From the NCBI GenBank assembly GCA_038883795.1, contig JAVZLK010000015.1:1-34939 (forward strand): a stretch of DNA of 34,939 nt, given 5' to 3'. This document shows positions 17,664 to 27,400 of this stretch, in pieces (position 1 is the first letter of the stretch; the number at the start of each line of letters is the position of its first letter). This DNA comes from Candidatus Bathyarchaeia archaeon. GTDB lineage: Archaea > Thermoproteota > Bathyarchaeia > Bathyarchaeales > Bathycorpusculaceae. Under the pieces are notes generated by a model that saw only the letters and a list, made by a program, of their open reading frames with translations, had not been told where the DNA came from and searched no databases. The position numbers were made by a program, and so were the translations under genes.

Positions 17664-19556
17664 TTAAACGCTCCTTAGAATTCGTCTTACTGATGGGAAT
17701 CTATTTAAATTTTCATGCGGGATTAAAGTAGCTCTTAAAAATTCTTTTTTAAAACTTGGATCTGCAGCTAACTCTAAATAACGCACTTTTTTTGATATAG
17801 CATCAGCTTTTTTCCTAGCCTCTTCTGAAATTAAGGCCATTTTGGCGCCTATTATGGCGGTGTTGCCGACAAATTCAACGTTCTCTGTTGGAACGTCGGG
17901 TATTAAACCAATAATTTTTGCATTGTCGGGGTTTATGTAATTTCCAAAGGCTCCGGCGATGAAGAGTTTGGTGATATCTTTCTCTTTCAGTTTTTTCCTT
18001 TTCATTAATATTGAGCATCCAGTGTGTATGGCTGCTTTGGCAAGTTGTATTTCACGAATGTCCTTCTGTGTTACTGTAATTTCCTTTTTTGTTTTGGTCT
18101 CGTTTCCCCAAGCAATAATGAATTCCAATTCGCCGTTGCTTTTTCTTAATCTTGGAGTTTTAATATCACGATTTATTTTTCCACTTTGATCTATTATTTT
18201 ATGCTTAAACATTTCCGCAACCACGTCAACCATGGCTGACCCGCACAATCCAAGGGGTTTTTCATTCCCTATTGTTTCATATTCAACCTCAAAATTTGAG
18301 TTTATACGAACTTTCTCTATAGCGCCAGCTACAGCCTTCATTCCATGCTTAATATGAAATCCTTCAAAGGCTGGACCGGAGGCACAGGAACATGAAAGTA
18401 TGTCTTCGGAGTTTCCAATGAAAATTTCAGTGTTTGTCCCTATGTCAATTAGAAGAGAAATATCGCTTGAATCGCATATTCCAGTGGCTAAGGCATCTGC
18501 AACAGCGTCGGCTCCAACAAATCCTGCTATGACTGGCAAGACGGTTATGATTCCAGAAGGGTTTATGCCTATATTTAATTCGCTAGCCTTGACGTTCACT
18601 TGCTTTTTTATTGCAGGCGTGAACGGCGACAATGCCATGTATTTTGGTTGAATTCCAAGAAATAAATGGTGCATGGCGGTGTTGCCGACAACTACAATTT
18701 CATATATTTTGTTTGGGTCTATTTTCATCTTTTTACATGTCTCATTTATGATTCTGTTTATAGCCTCCACGACTAGCGTCTGGAGAGTTTTTAAATTTTT
18801 AGGGTCAGCCATTGCAAAAGTTATTCTTGTTATTATATCTTCACCATAAGCAAGTTGAGGATTTTCCAAAGATTCCAAATCTAAAGTTTTGCCACTCGCC
18901 AAATCTACAAGGTAACCAACAATCTTGGAAGTGCCTATATCAACGGCAAAACCGAACAGTTCCTTTGAAGTATTTGCGGGTTCAACAGCGATTATTTTGC
19001 GTCTATCCCAAACAGTTATGGTTGCTTTAAAATTTGATTGCCGAAGAACATCTGGAAGCCCTTTAAGAACATCATAGTCGATTTCTACGTGCCCAAATTT
19101 TTCAACCTTCAATAATGCGTCAATAAGCCTTTCATAATCTGGTCTTATATCTGACAATGTAGGTTTTAGAAGCCTAACGAAAATTTTTTTCACAGTTGGT
19201 TTTGGTTTTAGAAATCTTTCTTTTCCAGTAATCTGAATTCTTCGCGATTCAAAACCACTTTCAGGCGGAATCACGATTACCGTGTCTTTTAACACTTTAG
19301 CTTGGCAGGCTAATCTATAACCTTCGTCAATTTCAAATCTGGATAGATGTTTCCTTTCAGATTCAGTCAGTTCGTTTAAGTCTTTTGGGCTTTTGACTAT
19401 GATTCTGCATTTTCCACATAAACCCTTTCCGCCGCATTCTGATCTAATGTCTATAGCTGCATCTTTAGCTGCTTGAAAGACCGTGTTTCCCTTTGGAGTT
19501 TGAACTTTTTTGGCTTGGGGTTCGAATAGAATTTTTACATTTTCTGGTAAAACCAT
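17664..19556 (-). CDS. ASKHA-domain reductive activator of corrinoid proteins (RACo/RamA-like, DUF4445) with N-terminal [2Fe-2S] domain
   Basis: CGGKGLCGKC...RLACQ, AVDIGTS, NPQ..YGEDIITRI, VGNTAMHHLFLG, FVGAD, IDIGTNTEI, ASGPAFEG, CGS, TQKDIREIQLAKAAI, AGAFG, GN.A. Confidence 0.93.
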   Translation of the reverse strand: MVLPENVKILFEPQAKKVQTPKGNTVFQAAKDAAIDIRSECGGKGLCGKCRIIVKSPKDLNELTESERKHLSRFEIDEGYRLACQAKVLKDTVIVIPPESGFESRRIQITGKERFLKPKPTVKKIFVRLLKPTLSDIRPDYERLIDALLKVEKFGHVEIDYDVLKGLPDVLRQSNFKATITVWDRRKIIAVEPANTSKELFGFAVDIGTSKIVGYLVDLASGKTLDLESLENPQLAYGEDIITRITFAMADPKNLKTLQTLVVEAINRIINETCKKMKIDPNKIYEIVVVGNTAMHHLFLGIQPKYMALSPFTPAIKKQVNVKASELNIGINPSGIITVLPVIAGFVGADAVADALATGICDSSDISLLIDIGTNTEIFIGNSEDILSCSCASGPAFEGFHIKHGMKAVAGAIEKVRINSNFEVEYETIGNEKPLGLCGSAMVDVVAEMFKHKIIDQSGKINRDIKTPRLRKSNGELEFIIAWGNETKTKKEITVTQKDIREIQLAKAAIHTGCSILMKRKKLKEKDITKLFIAGAFGNYINPDNAKIIGLIPDVPTENVEFVGNTAIIGAKMALISEEARKKADAISKKVRYLELAADPSFKKEFLRATLIPHENLNRFPSVRRILRSV

Positions 19557-19592
19557 TTTATTCTATCCTAAAATAGTTATGCCCCAGAACTT

Positions 19593-21035
19593 TTAGTGTT
19601 TCTTCATAATGTCTTTCATGAGATTATCAAGGTTTTCTTGAACATCTTTTGGTAATGGTTCGGGTTCATGCTCTTTTAGTTTTTTCTTAACAATTTCATG
19701 CGCTCGTTTCGCGATGTCTTTTTTCCCAGAATCTTTCCAAATCTTCCATTCTTTGCGGTCAATAATTTCTGATGGTATAAATTGTTCTTTTCTAATCCAT
19801 TCTAAAGTGTGCCTTTCTGCCAAATATACTCCGCCGGGACCAACCTTTCTTATTAAGTCAAAGGCCAGAGTTTCATCTTCAACTTTTACGCCCTTTGCAA
19901 GTCTTAATGCCATACCGCAAATTTCATTGTCTATAACAAGTTTTTCTAAACTTTGACAATTCTCAAAATCTAACATTCCCGGTCCAGATATTACGTTTAT
20001 TCCAGCCAATGCGCCTAACACTATGCCGATTCCAGATTCGAAGCCGCATTGTGCATCTATTACTTTTGCATCGCTAAGTCCAATATACATGTGAGTTGGC
20101 AATCCGTAGCTTTTCGCAATTTGAGTATAAGAACAGCCAAGAAGCATAGCTTCTACGGCTCCAAGACATGCGGTGGCGTATCTTTGATCTAAAACTGTTG
20201 GCGAACCCCCATAAATTACTGGTGCACCAGGATTTGTTAGTTGAGCCATTACTAAGCCGCTTAAAAATTCGGCGTTGTGTTGGACGAGGGAGCCAGCTAT
20301 TGTTGCGGGTCCAGTGGCGCCTAATTGGGGTACTGGAATGATATTGGCTGGTAAGCGGAATTTGGCGCAGTCGATTAGATTTTGAGCGTCGAGTTCGCTC
20401 CATTTTAAGGGGGCTGAAGGGCAAATATCAAATATTGCCATTGGCTTTTTGGCTAATTCCTTTTCGCCGCCTACCACAATTTCAAGCATTCGCTTCATAT
20501 CGTAAAGCCCATCAATGCTAAAGGCGCCGGTTATTATTGGCTTTGAAGAATTTTTTAGGACTATGTAAAGGCGGTAGCGATCAACAATGGCTTGTGGAAC
20601 ATCTGAAACGACCATGGCCGTGCTTTGGGCATGGATATGCTCAAGAGCATCTGTTAATCTGACAAGTTCGGCTAAATCCTTCGAAACTGGCTTTCTAATT
20701 TCGTTTTCCTCATAATCCAAAATGTATAATGCAGAGGAGCCTGGATTAAAAGTAACCTTATCTCCTTCTAAAATTCTGTCATGTTTTCTGTTTCGACCGT
20801 AAAGCTTGATTGTGGATGGTGCCTTCGTCAATGCTTCTTTAACTAAATGCTGTGGGATGTAGGCGAGTTTCTTATTAGAATCTACTTCAGCTCCGCCATC
20901 TCTGAGCAATTTTAATGCGGTTTCGCTGTATATTTTTACGCCAACTTCTTCCAAAAGCCTAAGGGAAGCAAGATGGATGGATTCGATTTCGTCCTTAGAT
21001 AATGGTTGAAATTTTGGAAGAGAGGATTTAGACAT
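19593..21035 (-). CDS. mttB: MttB-superfamily substrate:corrinoid methyltransferase, non-pyrrolysine
   Basis: IH.ASL.LLEEVGV, GATGPATIAGSLVQHNAE.LSG, PGAPVIYG, GLSDAK..DAQ.GFE, LEKLVIDNEI, VGPGG.YL...HT. Leu at the Pyl-equivalent site (20076-20078). Likely ATG 21035. Confidence 0.94.
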   Translation of the reverse strand: MSKSSLPKFQPLSKDEIESIHLASLRLLEEVGVKIYSETALKLLRDGGAEVDSNKKLAYIPQHLVKEALTKAPSTIKLYGRNRKHDRILEGDKVTFNPGSSALYILDYEENEIRKPVSKDLAELVRLTDALEHIHAQSTAMVVSDVPQAIVDRYRLYIVLKNSSKPIITGAFSIDGLYDMKRMLEIVVGGEKELAKKPMAIFDICPSAPLKWSELDAQNLIDCAKFRLPANIIPVPQLGATGPATIAGSLVQHNAEFLSGLVMAQLTNPGAPVIYGGSPTVLDQRYATACLGAVEAMLLGCSYTQIAKSYGLPTHMYIGLSDAKVIDAQCGFESGIGIVLGALAGINVISGPGMLDFENCQSLEKLVIDNEICGMALRLAKGVKVEDETLAFDLIRKVGPGGVYLAERHTLEWIRKEQFIPSEIIDRKEWKIWKDSGKKDIAKRAHEIVKKKLKEHEPEPLPKDVQENLDNLMKDIMKKH

Positions 21036-21085
21036 GAATTTTCCCTTTTTGAAACTCTTAACAAACAAAGCTTTTAATAAGCTTT

Positions 21086-22546
21086 TTAGTGCATGGCCAA
21101 ATCTTTTTCCGCTTTTTTAATGATATTTCTGATTTCTTTTTGAACATCTTTTTCTAAAGGTTGGACTTGGTGCTTTTGAAGGATTACCTCAACCTTTTCC
21201 CTAGCCAACTTCACCAAGTCTTTCGCTCCCTCTTTAATCCAAGTTTCAAAAGACCGCCTATCTGTCAACTCAGGAATAAAATGTTCCTTCCGCAAGTTTT
21301 CAAGGGTATGTCTCTCAGCTAGAAAATTGCCGCCCGGACCAACTTTGCGAATGATGTCAAGCGCTAATGTGTTGTCGCTTACTTCTATTCCTTGGGCAAT
21401 TCGAAAAACTATCTTCACAATTTCAGCATCAATTAGAATTTCTTCAAAGGCTAGGGTTGTGCAGTCATCAAGCAATCCTATCCCAGCAATCATACTGCAA
21501 CCCGAGAAAACTGGAGGAAATCCGCTTGCAAACTTTTCATAACATGCTTGGGCGCCGGGCGTCTTAGCTGTAGAAACAAAGCCGCCCACAATAGATGGCA
21601 TATTATAATACCTTGCCAGTTCAGCGGCAGCAGCACCAGTTAATCCATGTTCTGGGCCTCCTCCAGCACGCTTTAGCGTCCGCATATCGAAAGCTGCAAT
21701 GCCAGCGCCATAAATAACTGGTGCGCCGGGACATACAAGTTGTGTGATTACAAGGCATCCTAATACTTCAGCATTGTTCACAACCAACGAGCCAGCAAGC
21801 GTTACGGGTCCCGTGGCTCCTGGCTGGGGCATTCCAAAAAACATCACTGGAACATCAGCTTTGGAAAATTCTAAGGCAGCTTCCATGCTATTTCCATCCA
21901 TTTGGAGAGGCGCACTTGTGCAGTGTAAGGAAGAGATTATTGGTCTTTTCCCCAGTTTCTTTTCATCTCCAACGATTACTGAAGCCATTTCTATCTGATA
22001 TCTAGCTTCTTTAGGTGACATGGTCGTCTCAAAGGTAACGTGCTTTTCTGTGTTAGCCAGAGACGCTTCAAGATCGTGGAGGTGCCGAACGTGGACTGGA
22101 TAATCTTGGGCGCTTACCATAGGCCAATAAATGTCCACAGCATCAACGGCATCAGAGATTATAGCTGATTTAGCTACGTCCTCCTTTGTCGATGTTCGCC
22201 TTTCTCCTGTTTCCATGTCAAAGGTTTGAGTTCCATTCCCATCGGTCGTTATATAAACATGATTTTGATCCAAAACTGCATCGTATTTTGGATTTCGGGC
22301 ACAGAGGGTTATGCTATTACGAGTTTTTCTTAAAGCTTCTTCAACAAGGTAAGGAGGAATAAGTGCCACTTGGCTTTTATAATCGACTTTGCAGCCTCCT
22401 TCTTCTAGAATTTTGAGACATTTTAGGCTGTTGATTCTAAATCCCGTTGTCTCTAAAACTTCAAGGGATGCTTTGTGGATTTTTTCTAAATCTTCTTTGG
22501 AAAGTATGGAAAAGTTTACTCTCTGACTTCCTCTAAAGAAAACCAT
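21086..22546 (-). CDS. mttB: MttB-superfamily substrate:corrinoid methyltransferase, non-pyrrolysine
   Basis: IHKASLEVLE..G, GATGPVTLAGSLV..NAE.L, PGAPVIYG, GGPE, FVSTAK.PGAQA.YEK, VGPGGNFL..HT. Val at the Pyl-equivalent site (21575-21577). AGGAG RBS. Confidence 0.94.
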   Translation of the reverse strand: MVFFRGSQRVNFSILSKEDLEKIHKASLEVLETTGFRINSLKCLKILEEGGCKVDYKSQVALIPPYLVEEALRKTRNSITLCARNPKYDAVLDQNHVYITTDGNGTQTFDMETGERRTSTKEDVAKSAIISDAVDAVDIYWPMVSAQDYPVHVRHLHDLEASLANTEKHVTFETTMSPKEARYQIEMASVIVGDEKKLGKRPIISSLHCTSAPLQMDGNSMEAALEFSKADVPVMFFGMPQPGATGPVTLAGSLVVNNAEVLGCLVITQLVCPGAPVIYGAGIAAFDMRTLKRAGGGPEHGLTGAAAAELARYYNMPSIVGGFVSTAKTPGAQACYEKFASGFPPVFSGCSMIAGIGLLDDCTTLAFEEILIDAEIVKIVFRIAQGIEVSDNTLALDIIRKVGPGGNFLAERHTLENLRKEHFIPELTDRRSFETWIKEGAKDLVKLAREKVEVILQKHQVQPLEKDVQKEIRNIIKKAEKDLAMH

Positions 22547-22582
22547 TTTAAACTCCTAACCCCTAATGATAGCCTTTTCAAA

Positions 22583-23233
22583 TTAAGAGGCTTTCACTAG
22601 CTTCTTTGCAATTTCAACAGCTTCTATGGCGTCTCCGCCGTGGCCGTCTGCCCCTATTTCTTCAGCCCACTTCTTTGATGTTGGCGCTCCACCAATTATT
22701 ATTTTAACTTTTTCCCTTAATCCTTCCCGTTTAAGGGCTTCTATGACATCTGCCATCTTAGCCATCGTAGTAGTCATTAGGGCAGACATTCCAACTATTT
22801 CCGGTTTGACTTCCTTAACTTTCTCTACAAATTTTTCAGTTGGAACATCAACTCCTATGTCTATTACTTCGAAGCCTGCAACCATAAGGAGGGTGCTTAC
22901 AATGTTTTTTCCAATGTCGTGGATGTCCCCTTCCACCGTGCCAATGAGAACTTTGCCCAAAGTTTTCTTTTCCCTAGCGCTTTTCAGAATGGCGGGTTCA
23001 AGCACTTTTAAAGCTTGTTTCATGGCTTCAGCTGCTATTACAAGCTCTGTCAAAAAGGCTTCTCCAGCGCCAAATTTCTCTCCAACAATTCTTACTCCCT
23101 TAGCTAAACCCTCCTCAATAGCTTCTACGGGATCAATGCCTTTTTGGAGGGCTTCTTCAGCAGCTTTAACTGCTGCTTCTGGGTCATAAGTTAAGACGGC
23201 GTTCATTAGCTTGTTTATAACATCTTCTTTCAT
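22583..23233 (-). CDS. Methyltransferase cognate corrinoid (B12-binding) protein, MttC/MtbC-like
   Basis: GTVEGDIHDIGKN, GMSALMTTT, IIGGAP, GADG. ATG 23233 follows GGTGG (track start 23269). Clear paralogue of 958..1623. Confidence 0.95.
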   Translation of the reverse strand: MKEDVINKLMNAVLTYDPEAAVKAAEEALQKGIDPVEAIEEGLAKGVRIVGEKFGAGEAFLTELVIAAEAMKQALKVLEPAILKSAREKKTLGKVLIGTVEGDIHDIGKNIVSTLLMVAGFEVIDIGVDVPTEKFVEKVKEVKPEIVGMSALMTTTMAKMADVIEALKREGLREKVKIIIGGAPTSKKWAEEIGADGHGGDAIEAVEIAKKLVKAS

Positions 23234-23354
23234 TAATCCACCAGCATTTCCAAACTGTATGGATTGCATATAAATTTTTTGAGATTGAATACATATTGTC
23301 TTTCATAAAGAAATAAATATAATGAGGTGTAGTAATTTTCGGAAGTGCATGCTG

Positions 23355-24314
23355 ATGGTTGACAAGGTTAGGCTGTTTCATGCTGTAGATGTGCATGGAA
23401 GCGAAATGGTTTGGAGAAAGTGGCTCTCCATCCCTAAAGTGCACAAAGCAGACATCTTATTATTATGTGGCGATTTAACGGGAAAACTAATAATCCCAAT
23501 AATTGAGGAAAAACCTGGGCGATATAAAACTATGGTTTATGGAAGATGGATTAACGCCAGCGGCGAAGATGAGCTTAAAAAGTTAGTGGATAAAATCACT
23601 TTCAGCGGATTTTACACTCATGTTTGTAATCAAGAAGAGTACGATGAACTTATGAAGAACTCTAAAAGAGTGGATGAATTATTCCGCAATTACATGAGGG
23701 AAAGGCTCCAAAGATGGCTCAGCATGATTGACGAAAAACTTTCCAAGGATGTTACTGTTGTAATGATGCCTGGAAATGACGACTCCTTTGAAATTGATGA
23801 GCTCATAAAGGCTCATGAAGACCGCGTTATATACCCACTAGAAAAAGTTGTAGACCTTTGCTTCGATTATAAGATGCTAAGTTTTGAATGGGTTAACCCT
23901 ACACCTTGGGATACGCCACGAGAAGCCCCAGAAGAAGAGTTGTGGAAAAAATTGGAAAAGATAAAGGATATGTTCTCCGGCGACTGGAGAAAGGTTATCC
24001 TAAATTTCCACTGCCCACCATATTGCACCAAACTGGATTTGGCTCCGAAATTGGATAAAAATTTAAAGCCTATTGTTTTCTTAGGGCGAATAATTTATGA
24101 TAATGTGGGCAGCAAAGCCATAAGGCGATTTATTGAGGAAAATCAGCCGCTTTTGAGTTTACACGGTCATATTCACGAATCCTACGCTTCCGATTATGTA
24201 GGAAAAACCTTAGCCATAAACCCCGGATCAGAATACAGCGAAGGAGTGCTCAGAGGTTTCATCATTGACCTTACCAAAGATGGTGTTGAGAAGTGGTGGA
24301 AAGTGGAGGGATAA
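23355..24314 (+). CDS. Calcineurin-like metallophosphoesterase (Icc-related)
   Basis: DVHGS, GDLTGK, PGNDD, HCPP, HGHIHE, INPGS. Start is uncertain (23322/23349/23355). Confidence 0.88.
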   Translation: MVDKVRLFHAVDVHGSEMVWRKWLSIPKVHKADILLLCGDLTGKLIIPIIEEKPGRYKTMVYGRWINASGEDELKKLVDKITFSGFYTHVCNQEEYDELMKNSKRVDELFRNYMRERLQRWLSMIDEKLSKDVTVVMMPGNDDSFEIDELIKAHEDRVIYPLEKVVDLCFDYKMLSFEWVNPTPWDTPREAPEEELWKKLEKIKDMFSGDWRKVILNFHCPPYCTKLDLAPKLDKNLKPIVFLGRIIYDNVGSKAIRRFIEENQPLLSLHGHIHESYASDYVGKTLAINPGSEYSEGVLRGFIIDLTKDGVEKWWKVEG

Positions 24315-24317
24315 AGA

Positions 24318-25109
24318 ATGGAGGAAAAGGAGAAAAAGCAGGTATCATCTGAAGAAATTGTAAAAATTGCTTTAGACCTTATAGAAGAATCTAAGAGGGA
24401 AGGGCTAACGTTAAGGCTTATAGGGGGTCCCGCAGTCAGAATCCATTCTTCTCCCATGGCAATTGACCTTCACAAGAAGTTAAAGAGGATTGAAGGGCAA
24501 GAGTTTCCAGACATAGATTTTGTGGCTCCAGATAAGGAAAGGGCGAAAATTAGAAAGTTCTTTGAGACGAGGGGTTGGAAGTTCGATTCCTACATCTTTT
24601 TCTTCACAAGCGGGGTGGGAACAAGAAATCGCCAAGTTTACAGAGGAAAAGTGGATTTGGACATTTTCTATGACGAGTTGGATTTATGCCACAAAATAGA
24701 TTTTAGAAACAGATTCCACTTGGACTATCCTACGGCATCATTGGTTGACTTACTGCTAACCAAGTTGGAAATTGTTGAATTCACAGAGAAAGACGCCAAA
24801 GACGTCATAGTCCTAATAAGAGACCACAAAATCGGAGACACTGATGCACCAGAAACGATTAACGCCAAATATATGGCTAAACTGTTTGCCAATGACTGGG
24901 GATTCTGGTATACAGCTACGACCAACCTGAAAAAGGTTAGGGCTGCCTGCCCCATGTTTAAGCAACTTTCTGAAGAGGATATTGCCGATGTTACTTCAAA
25001 AATTGATCAAATTTTAAGGTATATTGATGAGGAGCCTAAAACTAAGGATTGGTTGAAGAGAGCAGAGGTTGGAACAAAGAAGAAGTGGTATAAGGAAGTT
25101 AGACTGTAA
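24318..25109 (+). CDS. Uncharacterised nucleotidyltransferase-fold (Pol-beta superfamily-like) protein
   Basis: LRLIGG.AV..H, DIDF, third acidic strand DLDIF, helix LLLTKL.....EKDAKD. Starts 3 bp after the phosphoesterase stop. Confidence 0.65.
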   Translation: MEEKEKKQVSSEEIVKIALDLIEESKREGLTLRLIGGPAVRIHSSPMAIDLHKKLKRIEGQEFPDIDFVAPDKERAKIRKFFETRGWKFDSYIFFFTSGVGTRNRQVYRGKVDLDIFYDELDLCHKIDFRNRFHLDYPTASLVDLLLTKLEIVEFTEKDAKDVIVLIRDHKIGDTDAPETINAKYMAKLFANDWGFWYTATTNLKKVRAACPMFKQLSEEDIADVTSKIDQILRYIDEEPKTKDWLKRAEVGTKKKWYKEVRL

Positions 25110-25196
25110 ATTTTAAACTTAAGTCTTATAATCCCATGTCCATATACTATTTGCATTATAAGAGTCTGCAACGGCAAAGTTTAGAGTTGGTAACCC

Positions 25197-25874
25197 GTGA
25201 AATGGACGAAAGAAGACATAAAAAAGGCTGAGAAAATATCCAACGAGTTGGTTTCTGTAATCAGCTACTTTGATGGTTTAAGAAGTGCGTCAATACATGA
25301 TCCTAAAGAGTTGTTGATGAAAACTAAAACCTCTGGTTTAGACTCGGCATATCTGAAATATTTTAGTAAAGAAACTCAGAAGGTTTTAAAGAAAATAGGG
25401 CGGTCTGGCAAGGTTAGAAAAATGATAAGGGTGAATAAGGTTCTAAATTTTGTTACGCTGGTTTATTTCATGATTGTTGTTGCCTTAGCCATTTTATGGC
25501 AAAGAGACGTAAGGCCTCCCTCATTAGAGTGGGTGTATTGGACGTTTTTGTCATGGCCAAGCATAATTTTGCTTTTCATCCTAGCAGACGTAACTTTGCT
25601 CATGCTAAGCTTAACCAAGTATGAGCTCAAAAAAATTGCTGATGAAGCCGGCGTCAAAGATGAGGAGGCTACAAAAAGAAGGTTGAAGGAAGCTGTGCAA
25701 CATCACATTAACAAGTTGAAGGCAAATGTTGAAAAGTATGGTTTAAAACCCGAAGATTACAAGATTAAGTTGCAAAGGACAGATTATGAGGGAATAAAGA
25801 TAATTAAGAAACCGGGCATTTTGCGTGGATATTACCTCGCGATAATAAATGCAAGAATTAGAAAAAAATGGTAA
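25197..25874 (+). CDS. Hypothetical 2-TM membrane protein with basic soluble termini
   Basis: 225 aa ORF, GTG start, two hydrophobic helices (VLNFVTLVYFMIVVALAILW; WPSIILLFILADVTLLMLSL). Confidence 0.7.
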   Translation: MKWTKEDIKKAEKISNELVSVISYFDGLRSASIHDPKELLMKTKTSGLDSAYLKYFSKETQKVLKKIGRSGKVRKMIRVNKVLNFVTLVYFMIVVALAILWQRDVRPPSLEWVYWTFLSWPSIILLFILADVTLLMLSLTKYELKKIADEAGVKDEEATKRRLKEAVQHHINKLKANVEKYGLKPEDYKIKLQRTDYEGIKIIKKPGILRGYYLAIINARIRKKW

Positions 25875-25945
25875 TTAACGTCTGTGCCATGGCATAAGAC
25901 TATTAAATTCGTGTATCTATAATCTCTCACAGGGAGGAAGGAGAA

Positions 25946-27400
25946 ATGACGAAAGAAATGTTAGCTATTTTAATCGCTGCTTTTCTATTGCTAAGTTTCG
26001 TTAATATTTCATTGGAAACACCCGCAAATAACAACACGTTCGAATCGAGAAAGCGTTGTACAACCATTATTATTGGAAAGGGAGCGAGTGCAGACGGTTC
26101 AGTATTACTTGGTCACAACGAGGAACTAGGAGATAGGACATGCATGCATATACAAGTTGCTCCAAGCACGTCATACTCGCCAGACGATGTAATTGAGACG
26201 TTCTTTGGCGCCAAAATAAGAGTTGGCGACATACCCCATTGGACGCCTACATCTTGTACCTACATTAGACTCGCCGCTTTTGATGAGAAGTATGTCCCGG
26301 GCGACTTAGCGGCAGGTATAAATGAGCATCAGGTGTCAATAGCGAACAATCTTGCCTACTCCAAGGAAACATGGTTAAGAGACACTAAAGGGTGGCATGT
26401 TGCAAAAACAGGCGACATTCTTTGGAGCGAATTTATGGAAATAGCTTTAAAGTGGGCAAAAACCTCTAGAGAGGCAGTTGAGATTATTGCTTGGCTTGCT
26501 GAAACATATGGCCTTGGATGCGATCCGGGAACAATGTTTGGAATAACCGACCCAAATGAAGGTTGGTGGATAGAGATAGGGTATAAGCATTGGGTCGCAA
26601 AAAAGGTTCCAGACAACGCCATGGAAATGCGTGCAAACTATTTCAGAATAGGGACAGAGTGGGATATGGGCTCCAGCGATTTGGTTGAGTTTGCAATAGA
26701 ACAAGGATGGTACGACCCAAGCAGCGGACCATTTAATTGGACAGAAGTGTACGGTGATCCAAGCGGGTGGGGTTCCTGGCAATATCTTCGTCACTGGCGT
26801 GTTGAATCCCTTTTAGAGGAATATGCTGAGGGCGGTGTCTCCATCAGCGAATTAATGAACATTTTGAGGGATCATTATGAAGGAACATCATATGATACAA
26901 CTAACATGTACGAGTACGGTTCGCCTCACAATACGCCTTATAGAACTATTTGCCGCGATTATACTGTTGAGAGTTTTGTTGCCCAGTCGAGAAACTGGAT
27001 GCCTTCAGCAATTGGTGGTGTGATGTGGATTGCTCTAACTTCACCATGTTCAAGTGTCTATGTACCATGGTATATGGGAATATTAAGCGTTCCCAAAGCA
27101 TATCAGGCTGGCACTAACGGGTATGATAAAAACTCTGCTTGGTGGGTATTCGAAAAATTATCTGATACTGTAGACAAGAATTATGACTCCAGAATCTGGT
27201 CTGTTCGAAATGCGTGGCGATTATTTGAAGAGGAAGAATTCGCTGATGTGCCTTATCTTGAAGCTGAAGCAATGGAGCTTTGGGAAAAAGGACTTTACGA
27301 TGACGCACGCTTATGTTTGACATCTTACACGTGGTATAAAGCATTATCTGCAATGCGGCTAGCTATAGAACTTACTGCAGAAATCAAACATCTAAAATAG
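25946..27400 (+). CDS. Secreted C69-family (dipeptidase A/secernin-like) Ntn-hydrolase peptidase
   Basis: Signal peptide, then CTTIIIGKGASADGSVLLGHNE (Cys nucleophile), GINEHQVSI, AKTSREAV, D..EGW..E, ILRDHYEGT, RTI, S.YVP.Y. GGAGG RBS. Confidence 0.88.
   Translation: MTKEMLAILIAAFLLLSFVNISLETPANNNTFESRKRCTTIIIGKGASADGSVLLGHNEELGDRTCMHIQVAPSTSYSPDDVIETFFGAKIRVGDIPHWTPTSCTYIRLAAFDEKYVPGDLAAGINEHQVSIANNLAYSKETWLRDTKGWHVAKTGDILWSEFMEIALKWAKTSREAVEIIAWLAETYGLGCDPGTMFGITDPNEGWWIEIGYKHWVAKKVPDNAMEMRANYFRIGTEWDMGSSDLVEFAIEQGWYDPSSGPFNWTEVYGDPSGWGSWQYLRHWRVESLLEEYAEGGVSISELMNILRDHYEGTSYDTTNMYEYGSPHNTPYRTICRDYTVESFVAQSRNWMPSAIGGVMWIALTSPCSSVYVPWYMGILSVPKAYQAGTNGYDKNSAWWVFEKLSDTVDKNYDSRIWSVRNAWRLFEEEEFADVPYLEAEAMELWEKGLYDDARLCLTSYTWYKALSAMRLAIELTAEIKHLK

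Noticed and set aside
3-22546. Pyrrolysine (amber read-through) in the MttB genes
   Set aside because: All three frames are uninterrupted, with Leu, Leu and Val at the Pyl-equivalent position, and there are no pyl genes in the window.
22626-23189. 187-aa plus-strand ORF, and the similar 1338..1697 minus-strand ORF
   Set aside because: They are antisense shadows of the two corrinoid genes, and their mutual similarity simply mirrors that paralogy.
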